DNA of 64,000 nt from Podarcis filfolensis. Taxonomy: Eukaryota. Positions 10,291 through 23,003 of the stretch are shown piece by piece. Location: NCBI GenBank assembly GCA_964270895.1, contig OZ185435.1. One strand, 5' to 3'. The position numbers were made by a program, and so were the translations under genes. How positions within the stretch are numbered: the first letter of the stretch is position 1; each line of letters begins with the position of its first letter. The notes beneath the pieces are model-generated. The model was not told the origin of the DNA. It saw only the letters and a program-made list of their open reading frames with translations, and did no database searches.

Positions 10291-12727
10291 TCATGAGAAA
10301 GAGGCAAAATTGTGTGCCCTGGAACAGTTGGTACTAGAACCAACCAGAGAGGTGGCGACCCTGGACTTAATCTGGGTGCGAGATGTGTTGTTCAGCCAAT
10401 TAGGAGCAGCGCCCGCGTGCTATTAAATTAAATATACAGGTAAATGGCCAGCTGCCAATAAAATCAAACATGGCCACGTTTGATTTCACAAGAGGAAACT
10501 TCCCCAAGTTCTTGCCCTGCTTTCCCCTTTGCACATTCAAATGGCTCTCCTGAAGAGGGCGTATATATCTTGATATATATCTCTATATACTGTATTTTCC
10601 CTTGTCCATCTTCATGCTGACAAACAAGAGCTTCTGTGAAGCAGAGTGAGCGAGTGGAAAGGTAGACAGACAGGGGTGGAAGAAAGAAGGCAGGCCAGTG
10701 GCCCAGGCAGGTGGCGCAAGTGAACAGACCAATGAAGCAGCCAGGCGGGTGGCCCAGGCAGATCTTCCCACACTTCCTATGGTTGGTGCTGCTGCCACTG
10801 GTGTAGAGAGGGGAAATGAAGGGGAGGAAGTATTTCTTCCCTTTGTCCTCCTCTCCCCGCTAGACCAGTTCCTTAAGACTGATGCTTAAGCACTCCACCA
10901 GAGAATTTAGATCATACCACCAGCAGATCCAGCACAAGAATTAGAATAAATGGCACCTGCTGGAGGAAAATTTATGTCTGCCCAGGGAGCTGACTAATTA
11001 CTATGGGCTCTTATGTGACTAATGCCTACACCATAACATACATAATGGTTAGTTCAGCCCATTTGTTTGAGGCATTTTGATAAAACAGTCATTGAAAAAC
11101 ACAGCTGTAGGCCACACCATATTCACCCAGGGCAACTCAATTCCCACCAAAATACCAAAGGAACAACAAATAGTAAGTGTTAGTAATCAGTGAATGTTAT
11201 ATGCAAAATATTGGCTGAAGACCAATATGGTTTTAGATTAACAAAGTTCGGCCTCTCACGATTCCCTCCTCAGTGAACCTGGGTTTGCATTTTCTTTATG
11301 TGGTATGGCTCTAGAATAAGGCAACCTGAGTTCAAACTCTTGAAAGCAAACTGGAGTTGCCCTCGTATGCACACTCATCTGGGAGTGCAACCCATAGAAC
11401 AAATGGGACTCACTTCCGATAAAGCATGCACAGTATTGCACTGTTATAATGGGCAAGAAGTCACCCACCCACCCACCCTTCTCCTCTGAAGCTGCTATTT
11501 GCATTGAGAGGAAATCCTTTGACTGGCCCCAATGGGGGATTTCTTCCCCATGTAAATAAGGGCATCAGAGGAGAAATTTGGGTCAGGACTGCAGCAGGGG
11601 AAGGAAAGGGTTAATTTACCCAGATGCTGGGATTCCAGTGGTTATCATCCCCCCTTCAGCTGCGAATTACATGTGAAAACATGCACACTAAATGCAAAGA
11701 CAGGTTTGACTTCAAGCCTGGCTTGGCCCTAGCTTTCCTGAGCACTTTGGAGGAAGGACAAGGTACAAATGTGGTAAATGGATAAATCAGAGCATCACAT
11801 AACACCCCCCCCAAAAAAGATATATAATTTTAAAATTGAGACTATGTAGGATAAACCAACAATACTCAGCACAGTGAGTATTTTACCAGTAATTTCAATC
11901 ATCATCAAGATGCAGTTTTCAAGGATAGACAGGTCTAAATGAGGACCCAAAGGAGCAGGTTGCTGTTTGAGTACATAAGGCTGATTGCATGAAACTCATT
12001 GCAAGTAAAGGTTAGAGAAGCCCAAAGGCTATTGTAAACAAGATAGGTCAATCCAGTCCACAGAAGCCAAAAGGAAAATGTTCTTATGCACACCTCTTTT
12101 TCCCCAGCTGGGATGACGGTTCTTAGACAAGAACTCTATGCTATCCCTCCCCAGCAACAGAATGACCGTATTACTTTACCCTGCACATTTTGTAACTACG
12201 TTAATGAAATGTCAAGTTAAATTGATCTTTAAGGAGATAATCGCTTTTATGGCATGGATTGATAGACAGTCATTGGAACTATTAAACTGCCGCAAAAGCC
12301 TGAGGGACCGGTTGGGTTTCATCTCTCTTCCGTGAGCTGCCTGCATCTGACCAGAAACTGAAATATGGGCTTCCCCCCACACAAAAAAACCTAATTATAT
12401 ATTGTAGCTGTCTGGGGGAGGGGAACAAAGTGGGATGTGGAACATCAATACTAAGTGTTCTGCAATTCCTCCCATTGCAAAGGTTTAGCATGGTAATGAC
12501 AAAGAAAAACAACAACACCTTAAAGTCTTTTTTACCCTTGAAAATTTTGCACTCATTTCCACTGGATTAAAGGTGGTTTCCCCAGAGAGCGCATGACATG
12601 AATGACATGAAGCCCAATGCATGAATCATAAGGGGTCAAGCACATCTGCTTGCCCAGAAAGATCTGTATTGGTTAATTGGAAGAGAATGAATAGCATGTA
12701 GACATAGAGAAAAGGTCAAAAACTTAC

Positions 12728-12812
12728 CATCTGATTCGGAAGCTGCCCTGAAGATCAAGTAGCTGCTTGGAAGAGGCTGTGTGATTGAGCCTACATTCTC
12801 TCCCTTTGGACC
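12728..12812 (-). CDS. OSBPL5: OSBPL5 coding exon 6 (85 nt; PH domain)
   Basis: Acceptor cgctctag|; GPKGENVGSITQPLPSSYLIFRAASESD+G; donor ATG|gtaagt; ends in phase 1. Confidence 0.96.
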
Positions 12813-12960
12813 CTAGAGCGATGCATGAAAAGAAGAGAAACGTATTTTATCATTTTCCCATATCATTTCAGTTTATATTCTTTGCTTTTAATTAAATGAA
12901 ACAAATGAAAAGTATGCAACCACCCTCCATTTCTGGGATAGAGCAAACTCCAAAATGCAT

Positions 12961-13126
12961 TTAAAGGTAAAGTGACCCCTGACCATTAAGTCCAGTCATG
13001 TACGACTCTGGGGTTGCGGCTCTCATCTCGATTTACTGGCCAAGGGAGCCGGCGTTTTTCCGCAAACAGCTTCTGGGTCATGTGGCCAGCATGACTAAGC
13101 CTCTTCTGGCAAACCAGAGCAGTGCA
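12961..13126 (-). mobile_element. Sauria SINE, 5'-truncated copy
   Basis: Aligns by eye to 19041-19190 (aaaggtaaag.gacccctgacc...ggtcatgtggccagcatgactaagcc...aaaccagagcag). Confidence 0.9.
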
Positions 13127-16100
13127 TTTAGCTATGTCTAAAATAGATGCCTCGAAGAATAGAGTTCTGAATCCCAGTGGGAAACTCCATGAATATAGAA
13201 AGGCTCTCCACTTCTGAAAAATGCCCTTCAATTCATGGAAGGTCTGTGATAAAGGTAACTGGGAAGATTTGGGTGTCTACGAAGGTGGCCTCTGACACAT
13301 TGCCCAAAGTCACAGATTTGCATAAAGTAATTTATACATACAGATGCAAATTTAGAAGCAATCACTATAACTTAAATAAAAACACAATACATCTCAGCAT
13401 AGTGGTGACCAGGTGGCTTGTGTGCCTACTCAAACAGCTATCCTGGTGGTAACTGTTGATAGGCACCTTAAAGGTCCCCCTGCTCTCCCTTGCTAGGAGT
13501 TTTGGTCTTCACAACAGAGACTCTCCAAACAGAGGAATGCCCTCGGTCAACTAGGACACACCCTTGGTGTGACTCAGGGTAACTCACCTCCTAAGATTGC
13601 TTTTTTATTTCTATATATTTGCTTGTTTTTTATTTTCTGTTTTTAGGTCACTCTCCCCCCAAGTCTTTTCAAGTGACAAAAGGGGAATAACCTAATGTAC
13701 ATATACATGTAAAGTATAGGGTGCAAGTGAATGTAAGTGTGTGTGAGAGACAAAGAGAAAGAGGGAGAGGGATAAGGGGGAAGCCAGGTCTCTCGGTAGC
13801 TTTGGAAACTGCCCTTCTGTCATGGGGGGAATCTCAATCTTCCACCCTGACAATATCAAAAGACAAGTCAGCATGCAAACGGAGTTGTCTGAATGAAAGT
13901 GACTATTTCATAGCTTCGCCATGACTGGGATGTCTCTCACATAAGCTCCTGGCTCATCAGAGATGAGCACTCTCAAGAGATGTTTTTAAAAAAAGAAGCT
14001 TTCATTCACTCAGTTGCAAACAATATTCAAATAATGGAGGGTAATGAGGAGAGCCCTGCCCAGAACTTTGAAGAGCAGGGGGCTGGCAAAGGATCCGTGG
14101 CACTATTAAAGGTGGCCAATGAGTGACTAACCATGACTATACAATGTGTATTGTACTGTATTTCCTGTGTAACACTCAGGTGCCTTCACTTGAGGAATTC
14201 ACTTCCACAAAATACCTCAAGGGCACTCAGCATCAGGATCCCAATAGCATTCATTTAAACTTAGCCATGACCCATCAAAACTAATGCACTAGCAGTTCCT
14301 AGACGAAAGAGTCACTGGGAAGCTGTTGTGGTGTCCCTTTGGGACCCAGCACCTCCTCATCCTTCTGCCATTTCACTAGCAGATGGACTGGAGAACAGGA
14401 GGCATCTCCAGACTGGTGGTTTCTTTCTGGGTACATTCTGCAACATGTCATTGCCACAATAATAGAGCATTAGTGATGGATTGATACTGGACAGTCCACA
14501 CATCACTCAGCTTAACTAGCTGTTCTGTGATATTTGCCCACTGTTAATGCATTAATTTTAATTACATTTGTATACCACCCTCCATCCGTAGACCTCAGGG
14601 CGATTTGCAACATAAAAATATAAGATTTTTATTTTTATTTTTATTTTTTAATCACAATAAGAACAAGAACAGGAGCAAGCCAATAACCCCCTTGTCACAC
14701 ATTTCTACTGCAATATACAGTGTTCAAAGTGTTTCATGTACATAATATCAGTTATGCTTAAAAGCAACCCTGAAATGTAGTTATCACCCCCATACTGCAA
14801 GGAGAGAGGGCTTGTCTACGTAAGCAAGTTCATGGCAGAAATGAAAACTGACCTGGGGTCATTATTGTTCACAGCACTATCCTAAGCACAGCTAAGCCCT
14901 ATTGAATTCAGTGGGGCTTACTCCCAGGCAAGTTGGGTTAGAATTGCTGCCTTATACACTACCCTAGATGTTACTCAATTGTTCTTTTAGTTGACAGATA
15001 ATTTAAAACACTTCGGTGTTATAAAGAAGTGACTCTAACCTTTACTCCAATTAAAAATATTAGCACAAATTCCTCCCCCCCTTTTATATAAAAAAGCCCA
15101 AAACCATTCATATCCAGAATGCATCAAGTGTTTCCCAAAGCCCAGCTTTCAGATTAAAACTAGCAAAAGGGAAAAGGCCACTAGAAGTACTGCCAGTTCA
15201 TATTAATGTCAGCTGCAAAATTGTGATCTGCTACGCTGAATGATGAGATTCCCAGCTCTGCTCATTTTGTCTATTATGTCTCCATAGCAATAGCTTCAGT
15301 TTCATTCACAAGCCCATCTTGCAAAAGAGAAAAGATGTCTTAGCCTGGCCTCTTCCAGCGAGGGCAAGTAAATAAATGTACTCATTCCCTGACAGATTTT
15401 TAGGTATTAAAAACTAGGTCAGAAAATGTGTTGCTTCAGCAGTTCAAATTGTCAGATCATCTCTAGATCAGCATGATCGGTGGTAGCCTCTTATTTCATT
15501 TCCCATTTTTCTGGTCCTCAGGAGCAAAATCTAAAAAACTGCAATAAGTATTTTTTTGTTATGCAAAACTGCAATGAATAAGTAAATCCTACAGTCCATG
15601 TTTGGCCACCTGTGATGCTAACTGTTGATACACATTCCATATGAACCTCTAAAAGCTTCTCAATATTCAACATAGCTGAAATTTGAAGTATTCTATTAGG
15701 CAGCTTGGCTTCTGTAAGAAGAAACTCCCTGATTTTGACTGGTCAAGCAATTCTTGCACACATAACTCAGTCAACTCATTTTCTTCCTGAGTAAACAAGT
15801 TTAGGATTAAATGATCAACACCCTTTAAAAGAGCATTTTAAAAGGATGTCCCAAACTGCTCTCACTTTAAAGTGTTCGTGTCAGAGCCAAGCTATGACAT
15901 GTAGCTCAAAAGACCATCCCTGATGACAAAAATTGAGTCTCAGTACTGCACCTCAAAGCTGCTGAAGTTCTCTCGCGATTCAGCCCCATCAAAGGTTTCA
16001 CATAAGGAGTCATTAGACTGGATGTGCAACAGCTTGCTAATCATACACACTGCATTACCTCCTGTGGTCAAGCTAGTACCAAACGTATTGCTCTACTTTC

Positions 16101-16416
16101 CTTTGGACCACATCAGTAAGGCCGAGAGGTGGGTCTTGTCATCGGGGCAGCCCAGGACCTACACACTGCCCAGGCTTGCGCCCCGGAGAGGTCACTTTGG
16201 TGCTGCTAACGCAGCAGTTTGACTTCATCTCTGAAGGTGCACTCCATTGTCTCTCGAGTCAGACAGACATGTCACAAAAAAGGAAAGTTGTCAGGCCTTC
16301 TCTCTGAGGTGATATATTTTCAGGAAGTATGCAATTTTCACAGCGGGAATACTTTCAGCTTGCCATGTGAAAACTAAGGGTTGAATAGTGGCACATCAGA
16401 TTTGGTTATGTTATGA

Positions 16417-16709
16417 CAGGGATCCACCGTCCCTCAGACCATGTGGTGGGCCGGACTATATTTTTTGGGGGGAAATGAATGAACTCCTATGCCCCACAAA
16501 TAACTCAGAGATGTGTTTTAAATAAAAGGACACATTCTACTCATGTGAAAATACCAGGCAGGCCCGACAAATAACCCAGAGATGCATTTTAAATAAAAGG
16601 ACACATTCTACTCATGTCAAAACACGCTGATTCCCGGACTGTCCGTTGGTCGAATTGAGAAGGCAGTTGGGCCACATCTGGCCCCTGGGCCTTAGGTTGC
16701 CTACCCCTG
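16417..16709. mobile_element. hAT (Charlie-like) non-autonomous element with an internal ~72-bp tandem duplication
   Basis: 8-bp TSD TGTTATGA at 16409-16416 and 16710-16717; right end AGGTTGCCTACCCCTG; left end eroded after CAGGG. Confidence 0.85.
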
Positions 16710-17184
16710 TGTTATGACATCACTGATGGTTCACCTGGGAGGAGGCAGGCTTAAGGTACCCAGGTCTAATGCTTTATTAAGGAGGTCAAAAGCAGACCAA
16801 TTTGTGCATGGGCCCAATTTAAAAGGTGATAATGCAAACATCAGAGTAAAACCCTTTGTGACAAAAAAAAGAGAGGTTTCTAACGACTGCCAACATTTCC
16901 CCATAAGATAAAAATTTGCAAGTGAACAACTTGGTATTTCAAGTTCATTATTAGGATTAATTACAACACACATTGTGTTTCAATATTTTAAAGGCCCCAA
17001 TTGAATTGAAGCGACTATCAGCTAATTTGACCAATATTTCTTGCATTGTAGGCAGAAATCACAGATAACCATTACAAACTGCATGTTGGGGGCTTCCATT
17101 GTGGAAGGCATCTTTCTCTGCACCTCCCTCCTTTTTATGTGTGTGTTTTTTTCCCATAACAAGCAGGATCAAGAAGAGGGGCAA

Positions 17185-17370
17185 AGCTTGGTGTTGCAGC
17201 ATCTGTTTCGCACACAGGAGGCCCCAGGTTAAATCTCTGGCATCTTTAGGTAGGGATGGGAAAGTCTCCCCCTCTGAAATCCCAGAGAGCTGCTGCCAGT
17301 CAGAGTTGACTACACTGAGTTAGACAGAAAATTTGTCCGACTTGCTAAAAGGCAGATTCTTATGTTTCTA
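17185..17370 (+). mobile_element. tRNA-derived squamate SINE (Squam3-like), degenerate
   Basis: gcatctgtttcgcacacaggaggccccaggttaaatctctggcatct...ctgctgccagtcagagttgac...aaggcagattcttatgtttct; the same layout recurs at five other sites in the window. Confidence 0.7.
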
Positions 17371-17500
17371 ACTTGAATACAATCCTTCATGATTTTTGGC
17401 TGATCCTATGAAAAGCTATTACCTTGCATGGAATTTTTGTTTTGCCTTCCAAAACACAATCTTTTTACTTCAGAGTACTTTGGCATGTTAGAATGTAATG

Positions 17501-17502
17501 GA

Positions 17503-17542
<40 letters not shown>

Positions 17543-17543
17543 A
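17501..17543. repeat. (GAAA)10 microsatellite
   Basis: Read directly. Confidence 0.95.
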
Positions 17544-18569
17544 GGAACAGAATGTTTCACTTCCAAACAAGAATGGGTCTGTTCTGAGTGGCCAGCTGTG
17601 AGACATTTACCTGGATGTCTGTGGTTCCATTTTTGACATATATTTCTAATGCCAGCGTGAAAAATGATATCAGCTCTCCAAGCATAAATATGGCCCCATT
17701 TACAGTCTCTTGCGATGGAGCAATCAGCACTGCATTAATTTAGACTGAAAATGTTCCTCACAGTATCTTTGCTGTCAGTCTGCAGACTTGCTAGTTTTAG
17801 GAATGGACCAGATTCAAGTGTGGTTAAGCACTGTTCCCTCAGAGCAGATGTTAATAATCTCTGAACGTGTCAGAAGGTGGTGAGGAGCCAGTCTCATTCA
17901 TCACAGCTGGTGGCAAATGCTATTTATTTATGTCTCAGGGAAAGAGCGTCATTTCTTGACAACGTTGCTTGGATTACTTATAAATAGAAGTTGTAAGATC
18001 TTCAGGCAATAATATCTTCACTGGGCCCAGAGGCCCACAAAAAGTTCAAGGCTCTATTGTACTAGAGGCATATAAACACAATGCCCAATATTGTGTCCCC
18101 ATAGAGGTTCCAACCTAGTTAAACCAGGACAGATGCAGCATGGAAGGAAATATCACTTTACATGTGAAGAATTGACCCCCTACCTACCTCCTCCCACCTC
18201 CTTGAAGGCAACAAGCACAGGTTAAGGACACATTTCAGCCTACCAAAAGCACTCAAAGAAAGTGCAGAGCAGTGGCATAGAGGGCATAGCCTAGAAAGGA
18301 TCCCGAGGGCCTTAAACAGAAGCCTGGAGGGTTATATTTGTCCTCCGGCCCTGATCTATCATGAGGAATGCTCCCAAAAAGAGAATTCTGCTGAAATCTC
18401 TTTTTGATTTTACTGAGGTTTCCCTTCCCCACAATAAATCCCAGCAACAAATTCTTCAAGATTCAGACCCCTGATAGCTGCCAGAGCTACTCCCGAGCCT
18501 GCTTGGGGCCTGTTGTTTTCTCCTCAAGGAAGCTCAACATTTGTTGCCAAGTTCGGGCCTTGCACTTAC

Positions 18570-18773
18570 CTTCACAGCCCAAATGGACTGATCCAGCGGG
18601 TGAAAAAGTTTGAAACAGAAGCCGTCCTTTTTGGAGGGTCTCTCAATCAGCTCACAGGAATGAAGCAAGATGGTGCCCACCCACTGTCCGACCTTTGGTG
18701 TTTTGTAGATCAGCAGGACTCCGGGTTTCAGCACACACCACAACTTGGTCCAGCTTTTCAGAGTTCCACGAAT
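18570..18773 (-). CDS. OSBPL5: OSBPL5 coding exon 5 (204 nt; PH domain core)
   Basis: Acceptor ccctcag|; IRGTLKSWTKLWCVLKPGVLLIYKTPKVGQWVGTILLHSCELIERPSKKDGFCFKLFHPLDQSIWAVK; donor AAG|gtaagt. Confidence 0.97.
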
Positions 18774-19040
18774 CTGAGGGGGGGAGAGGGAAGGAGTTAG
18801 GAGGAATAATTCACCTCTCTACTGAAGCCAAGTCTCTATCCAGTGAAGCAGTTTTAGATAGCCCCTATCCAGTGAAATATTCTTGTTTAATAGGGTCAGA
18901 GAATGATGCAGCCATACTATTCTCCCCAGTGGCTTCTCATGCTGTATGATTTCTCATGAAGTAACTTGGGGCTGAAGCAAAACTCCCAGGGGAAGCTGCC
19001 TGCAAAGAAAAGGGCTGGTTTTCACTAAGCAGCTCATTAA

Positions 19041-19389
19041 AGGTAAAGGGACCCCTGACCGTTAGGTCCTGTTGCGGATGACTCTGGGGTTGCGGCGCTC
19101 ATCTCGCTTTATTGGCCGAGGGAGCCGTCGTACAGCTTCCGGGTCATGTGGCCAGCATGACTAAGCCGCTTCTGGCAAACCAGAGCAGCGCACGGAAACG
19201 CCGTTTACCTTCCCGCTGGAGCGATACCTATTTATCTACTTGCACTTTGACGTGCTTTCGAACTGCTAGGTTGGCAGGAGCAGGGACCGAGCAACGGGAG
19301 CTCATCCCATTGCGGGGATTTGAATCGCTGACCTTCTGATCGGCAAGCCCTAGGCTCTGCGGTTTAGACCACAGCACCACCCGTGTCCC
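19041..19389 (-). mobile_element. Full-length Sauria SINE with 15-bp TSD
   Basis: 5' GGGACACGGGTGG head with a B-box-like segment and 3' (ACCTTT) tail. TSD TAAGCAG(C/T)TCATTAA at 19026-19040 and 19391-19405 (1 mismatch). Confidence 0.93.
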
Positions 19390-20748
19390 ATAAGCAGTTC
19401 ATTAAGAGGGTGCAATTTTGCTTTTATCCCAAGATCCCAAGACATTTATGCAGCATTTCCCTGGAGAGACTATAGCCTCTTACATCCAAAAGGGCAATGC
19501 ATGCTGAAGTCATTTTTTTACATTTCCAGGGTTTCAAGGGGCGGGGGAGGGAGTCTTCTCCTCCTACTTCCCCACCACCACCACTGCAGCCTAGCTAGTG
19601 TTTTAGTGGCTCCCTAGAAAGGTTGCAGAAAACCTCAAACAACCAAAGGAGCCCATTTCTCTTTCACATATCTTATGGATATGTTGTTTGGTTCTGAGAT
19701 CAAAGTATATTTCCTCCACATGCTAGCGGGGAGGGGACAAACAGATCAGAAAGGCACATTTAAAGTGAACCATTAACTATGGCTAATGGAAGCCAGTGTC
19801 AGTAAGAACTTCAGAAAATGGCTGCCAGTAATAGATCTGATCACCAGAGATCAGAAGGTGACTTCATGACTGCGTTGTTATGTAAGGGTTTGGTCCTGCA
19901 AGAATGCAGAGTGATGGCGTAATTAGTGGGAAGCTGTAATTTAAAGGAAATGATTAGAAGTTTCAACAACAAGAACGTGTGGCTTATATCAAAGGTCACC
20001 AACCTTTCTGGGCATATCTGCAAACAAGAGAAACTGTGGTGAGCATCTCACACACGCATGACAACCTGCCCTATGCTTCTTTTGAGGCTAATTTCAGACT
20101 CATTGAGCACCAGGGAAGACCTCTGTGGGAACATATACACATGCCCCCATTGACAATCCCAGCTTTATATAAATACACAAGGCCACCAGTTCAGCCTTTG
20201 GCATCTCCAAATAAAGGGAGGTTGGTTAGCAAGGCTGAAGAGATACTTCTGCCTGTAGTGTTTAGAATTGTTGGGCTGGATGGACTATTGATCTGAGAGC
20301 ATGAAGATAGCTCTTTCATTTTCCGCTTTAAAATATCCATCATTCCTCAATTTTCTGCCTAAAGAATGCATTTCCATAAATGTCAGAATTAACTTTGTAA
20401 TGATTTTCAGAAAATTGGTCTCCTCTCCCCACACCACCACCAGAAAAGGGCACTTAACTAATATGGAAGGCATTCTGAATGAAAGGAAGTCCTTGGTGAG
20501 CCAACAGTCAGGCTATCTGTCTTCCTAACCATTTCCCTTGCTTCCCTAGTCTAAATTTTATTGCTCATTTTGACATATATAAGTTTTGGATCAAAAAATA
20601 TAGTATTTAAGTCATCAGGTTTTATTCTCCAAACAGGACTATTTGTAAGCAGCAAGCAACCTTCAGAGAGAAAGCAGCTGATGGATTATGATCGAACAGC
20701 CCTAAGAGTAGCTGGATCTTTTTAAAATGACGCTTTATACTAAATTAC

Positions 20749-20850
20749 CTTCAGCCAATCTGCCATAATGACCACACTGGGATCTTTCAAAGCACTGAAG
20801 AGTTGCTTGGTCGCTCTTTTCTTTTCCTGCCTGTAATTCTTCTTCTGTAC
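20749..20850 (-). CDS. OSBPL5: OSBPL5 coding exon 4 (102 nt; polybasic segment before the PH domain)
   Basis: Acceptor ctgtaacag|; VQKKNYRQEKKRATKQLFSALKDPSVVIMADWLK; donor AAG|gtaatt. Confidence 0.95.
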
Positions 20851-22069
20851 CTGTTACAGAAATGGGGGGAAGAGGGGTGAAAACACTCATGAACACAGTT
20901 TTCTTCTTTCTCCTATGCTAGCAAATTTTTAAAAAAAAAATGGGTGAAAAACTGAGGAGAGAAGATGAGACCATGGCATTCATTTAGAGAAACAACTCGC
21001 ATTGTAGGGAGTGAAACAGTGGCTGGGACAGCAAGTGCTTTATTATCTGGTAAAATTGCTATTGATTTTGGCCTCTTACTTAATGCGGTTCCACAGCTGC
21101 TTGGAACAAATCCTTTTTACTCAAGGAGGCAGCGCAACATAGTGCTTACAGAGGGTCAGATGAGGACCTGGGAGACAAAGACTCAAAACCCTACTTGGCC
21201 ATGGAGCTGAATGAGTAACCGTGAGCCAGTTATATTCCGGCAACAGGGCAGAATATGAATCCTTCACAGCCACTTCCATTGATTTTAATTAAGGAGTCCA
21301 GGTACTGGGCATATCAAGCTTTACTGAGTACCATAGGAAAGCAATTCACTTTCACACCCAGCTTCAGAATTCTCCAGGTTTTGTTTATTTTTCTGTAAGT
21401 ATTAATTTATGGATCACTTTTGCTTATACGTGTCTCATATATGTGTGTATGATTTACACACATATCATAAAAACCAAATAAAATAGTTTTGAAAACAGCA
21501 GAAGAATAACTGAAAACAAGTTTAAAATCAATACAAAATGAATACTGAAAGGCAGAGGGTTTTTCATTCAGCTGGAAAAGCTTGTCAAAGCAAGCATGAT
21601 TTCCATTGTTTCTGATGGGTGCTTGTTGTATCTCAACAGGAATGCTGTTCCAGGGAACAAGGGCAGCCACAATGAAAGCCCTGCTCCAAGTGCCTGTAGA
21701 GCGGGGCTTCTAATGTTTTAGGGACATCAGAAATGCTCCTGCAGAACACAGTGACCTACTGGGCATACAAGGGCAGGTTGAGCATATAAGGAAGGGATGG
21801 AGGTTATAAGTAAACTGGTTTTGGATTGTTGTTTCACTGGGAACTTGTACCTCCACAGTTGTCGCCAGTTGTAGTGTTAATAAAGCCCATGTGTGACATT
21901 AACTGGAGACCACTGATAGCTCAAAGAAAGGATTAAAATTATCTTATTAGTGAGAAGATTCTTCTGGAAAATATAGCTGAAGAAAAGAGCTACCCTATGC
22001 ACGGCAAAGTTGTAATTTGAATTAATTACATCCTATCCCCTTTTAAAATGTGTTTTTTGGGGGGAGCCT

Positions 22070-22185
22070 ATTGGGTTGTTGTTTTTATTATGTATCTTGT
22101 GGTTTTATATCTTGATTATATTCTGTGAACCGCCCTGAGAACCCCAGGTATAGGACGGTATATAAATTCAATAAATAAAAAAGTA
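22070..22185 (+). mobile_element. LINE (L2-like) 3' tail remnant
   Basis: ttctgtgaaccgccctgaga...ggacggtatataaattcaataaataaaa, a typical squamate L2-like terminus (recall). Confidence 0.55.
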
Positions 22186-22383
22186 AAAAAAATTAAAAGC
22201 AAACTAATCCACAGGGAAGAAAGAGCAGTGTAAAAAAAAGAAAGAAAAAGAATTCTAGCCTTGCTGTGATACTCCAGAGACGTGGCCTATGGCCCAAAGA
22301 GAAAGAGGTTCCAGTCTCTCGAGCGACAGCTTCCCACACAAATAGAATAAATATTCTTTTCCACACATCTAAAATATACGTAC

Positions 22384-22464
22384 CTTCAAAGTCTCCTTCT
22401 TGTTGCTTTTGCCAGTGGGAGATACACACTCTTTATCAGACCCATTGCAAAATTTGTATTCAAT
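22384..22464 (-). CDS. OSBPL5: OSBPL5 coding exon 3 (81 nt)
   Basis: Acceptor ccttccattctag|; IEYKFCNGSDKECVSPTGKSNKKETLK; donor AAG|gtacgt. Not present in the ORF track. Confidence 0.94.
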
Positions 22465-22809
22465 CTAGAATGGAAGGAATTGCAAGAATTTAGGCTCCTT
22501 AAAATAAAATACAAAAAGGAACCAGTCAGCAATGGTTATCAATATTCATCTAACCATGAAGTAAAGAAAATGCAGTACTGAGTAGTTACCAACATGTACC
22601 AGAACTGGGTCCCTGCCCTGAGTCCAGGGGCCAAAATAATCCTGGGCACCTCAGTCTGAAACCCACATGCCAAGACCACTAGGGACAGAGCCAGATCCCA
22701 AAGCCTTTGATCTTTCCCCTTCTATCTGCCTTCAGGATCAGTCAGGATTTCATATAACATGGGCACTGACACAAATCATGAAGAATGCAGACCTCATTTG
22801 TAAACCAAG

Positions 22810-23003
22810 GATTGGAATGTGTGTGGCTCAGTGGCAGGGTATTTCATTTGCATGCAGAAGGTCCCAAATTCAATCCCAAGGATCTCCACATAAGACTGGT
22901 ACATATCCAAGTGCGAAACCCCAGAGACCCATGGCCAGTCAGAGAAGACAATAGGTTGACCAGTGCTGTGAATCAGTATGATGCAGTTTCCCATGTTCCT
23001 AAG
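22810..23003 (+). mobile_element. tRNA-derived squamate SINE (Squam3-like)
   Basis: tggctcagtggcag (A box)...gcatgcagaaggtcccaaattcaatccc (B box-like)...gcagtttcccatgttcctaaga tail. Confidence 0.75.

Noticed and set aside
17625-17670. CAG|GTAAAT donor-like site suggesting an extra exon
   Set aside because: No convincing acceptor or frame-preserving exon, and the protein is complete without it.
20845-20856. Tandem acceptor CAG-GTA-CAG at coding exon 4
   Set aside because: The upstream AG gives the 102-nt exon matching the recalled orthologue; use of the second AG cannot be supported from sequence alone.
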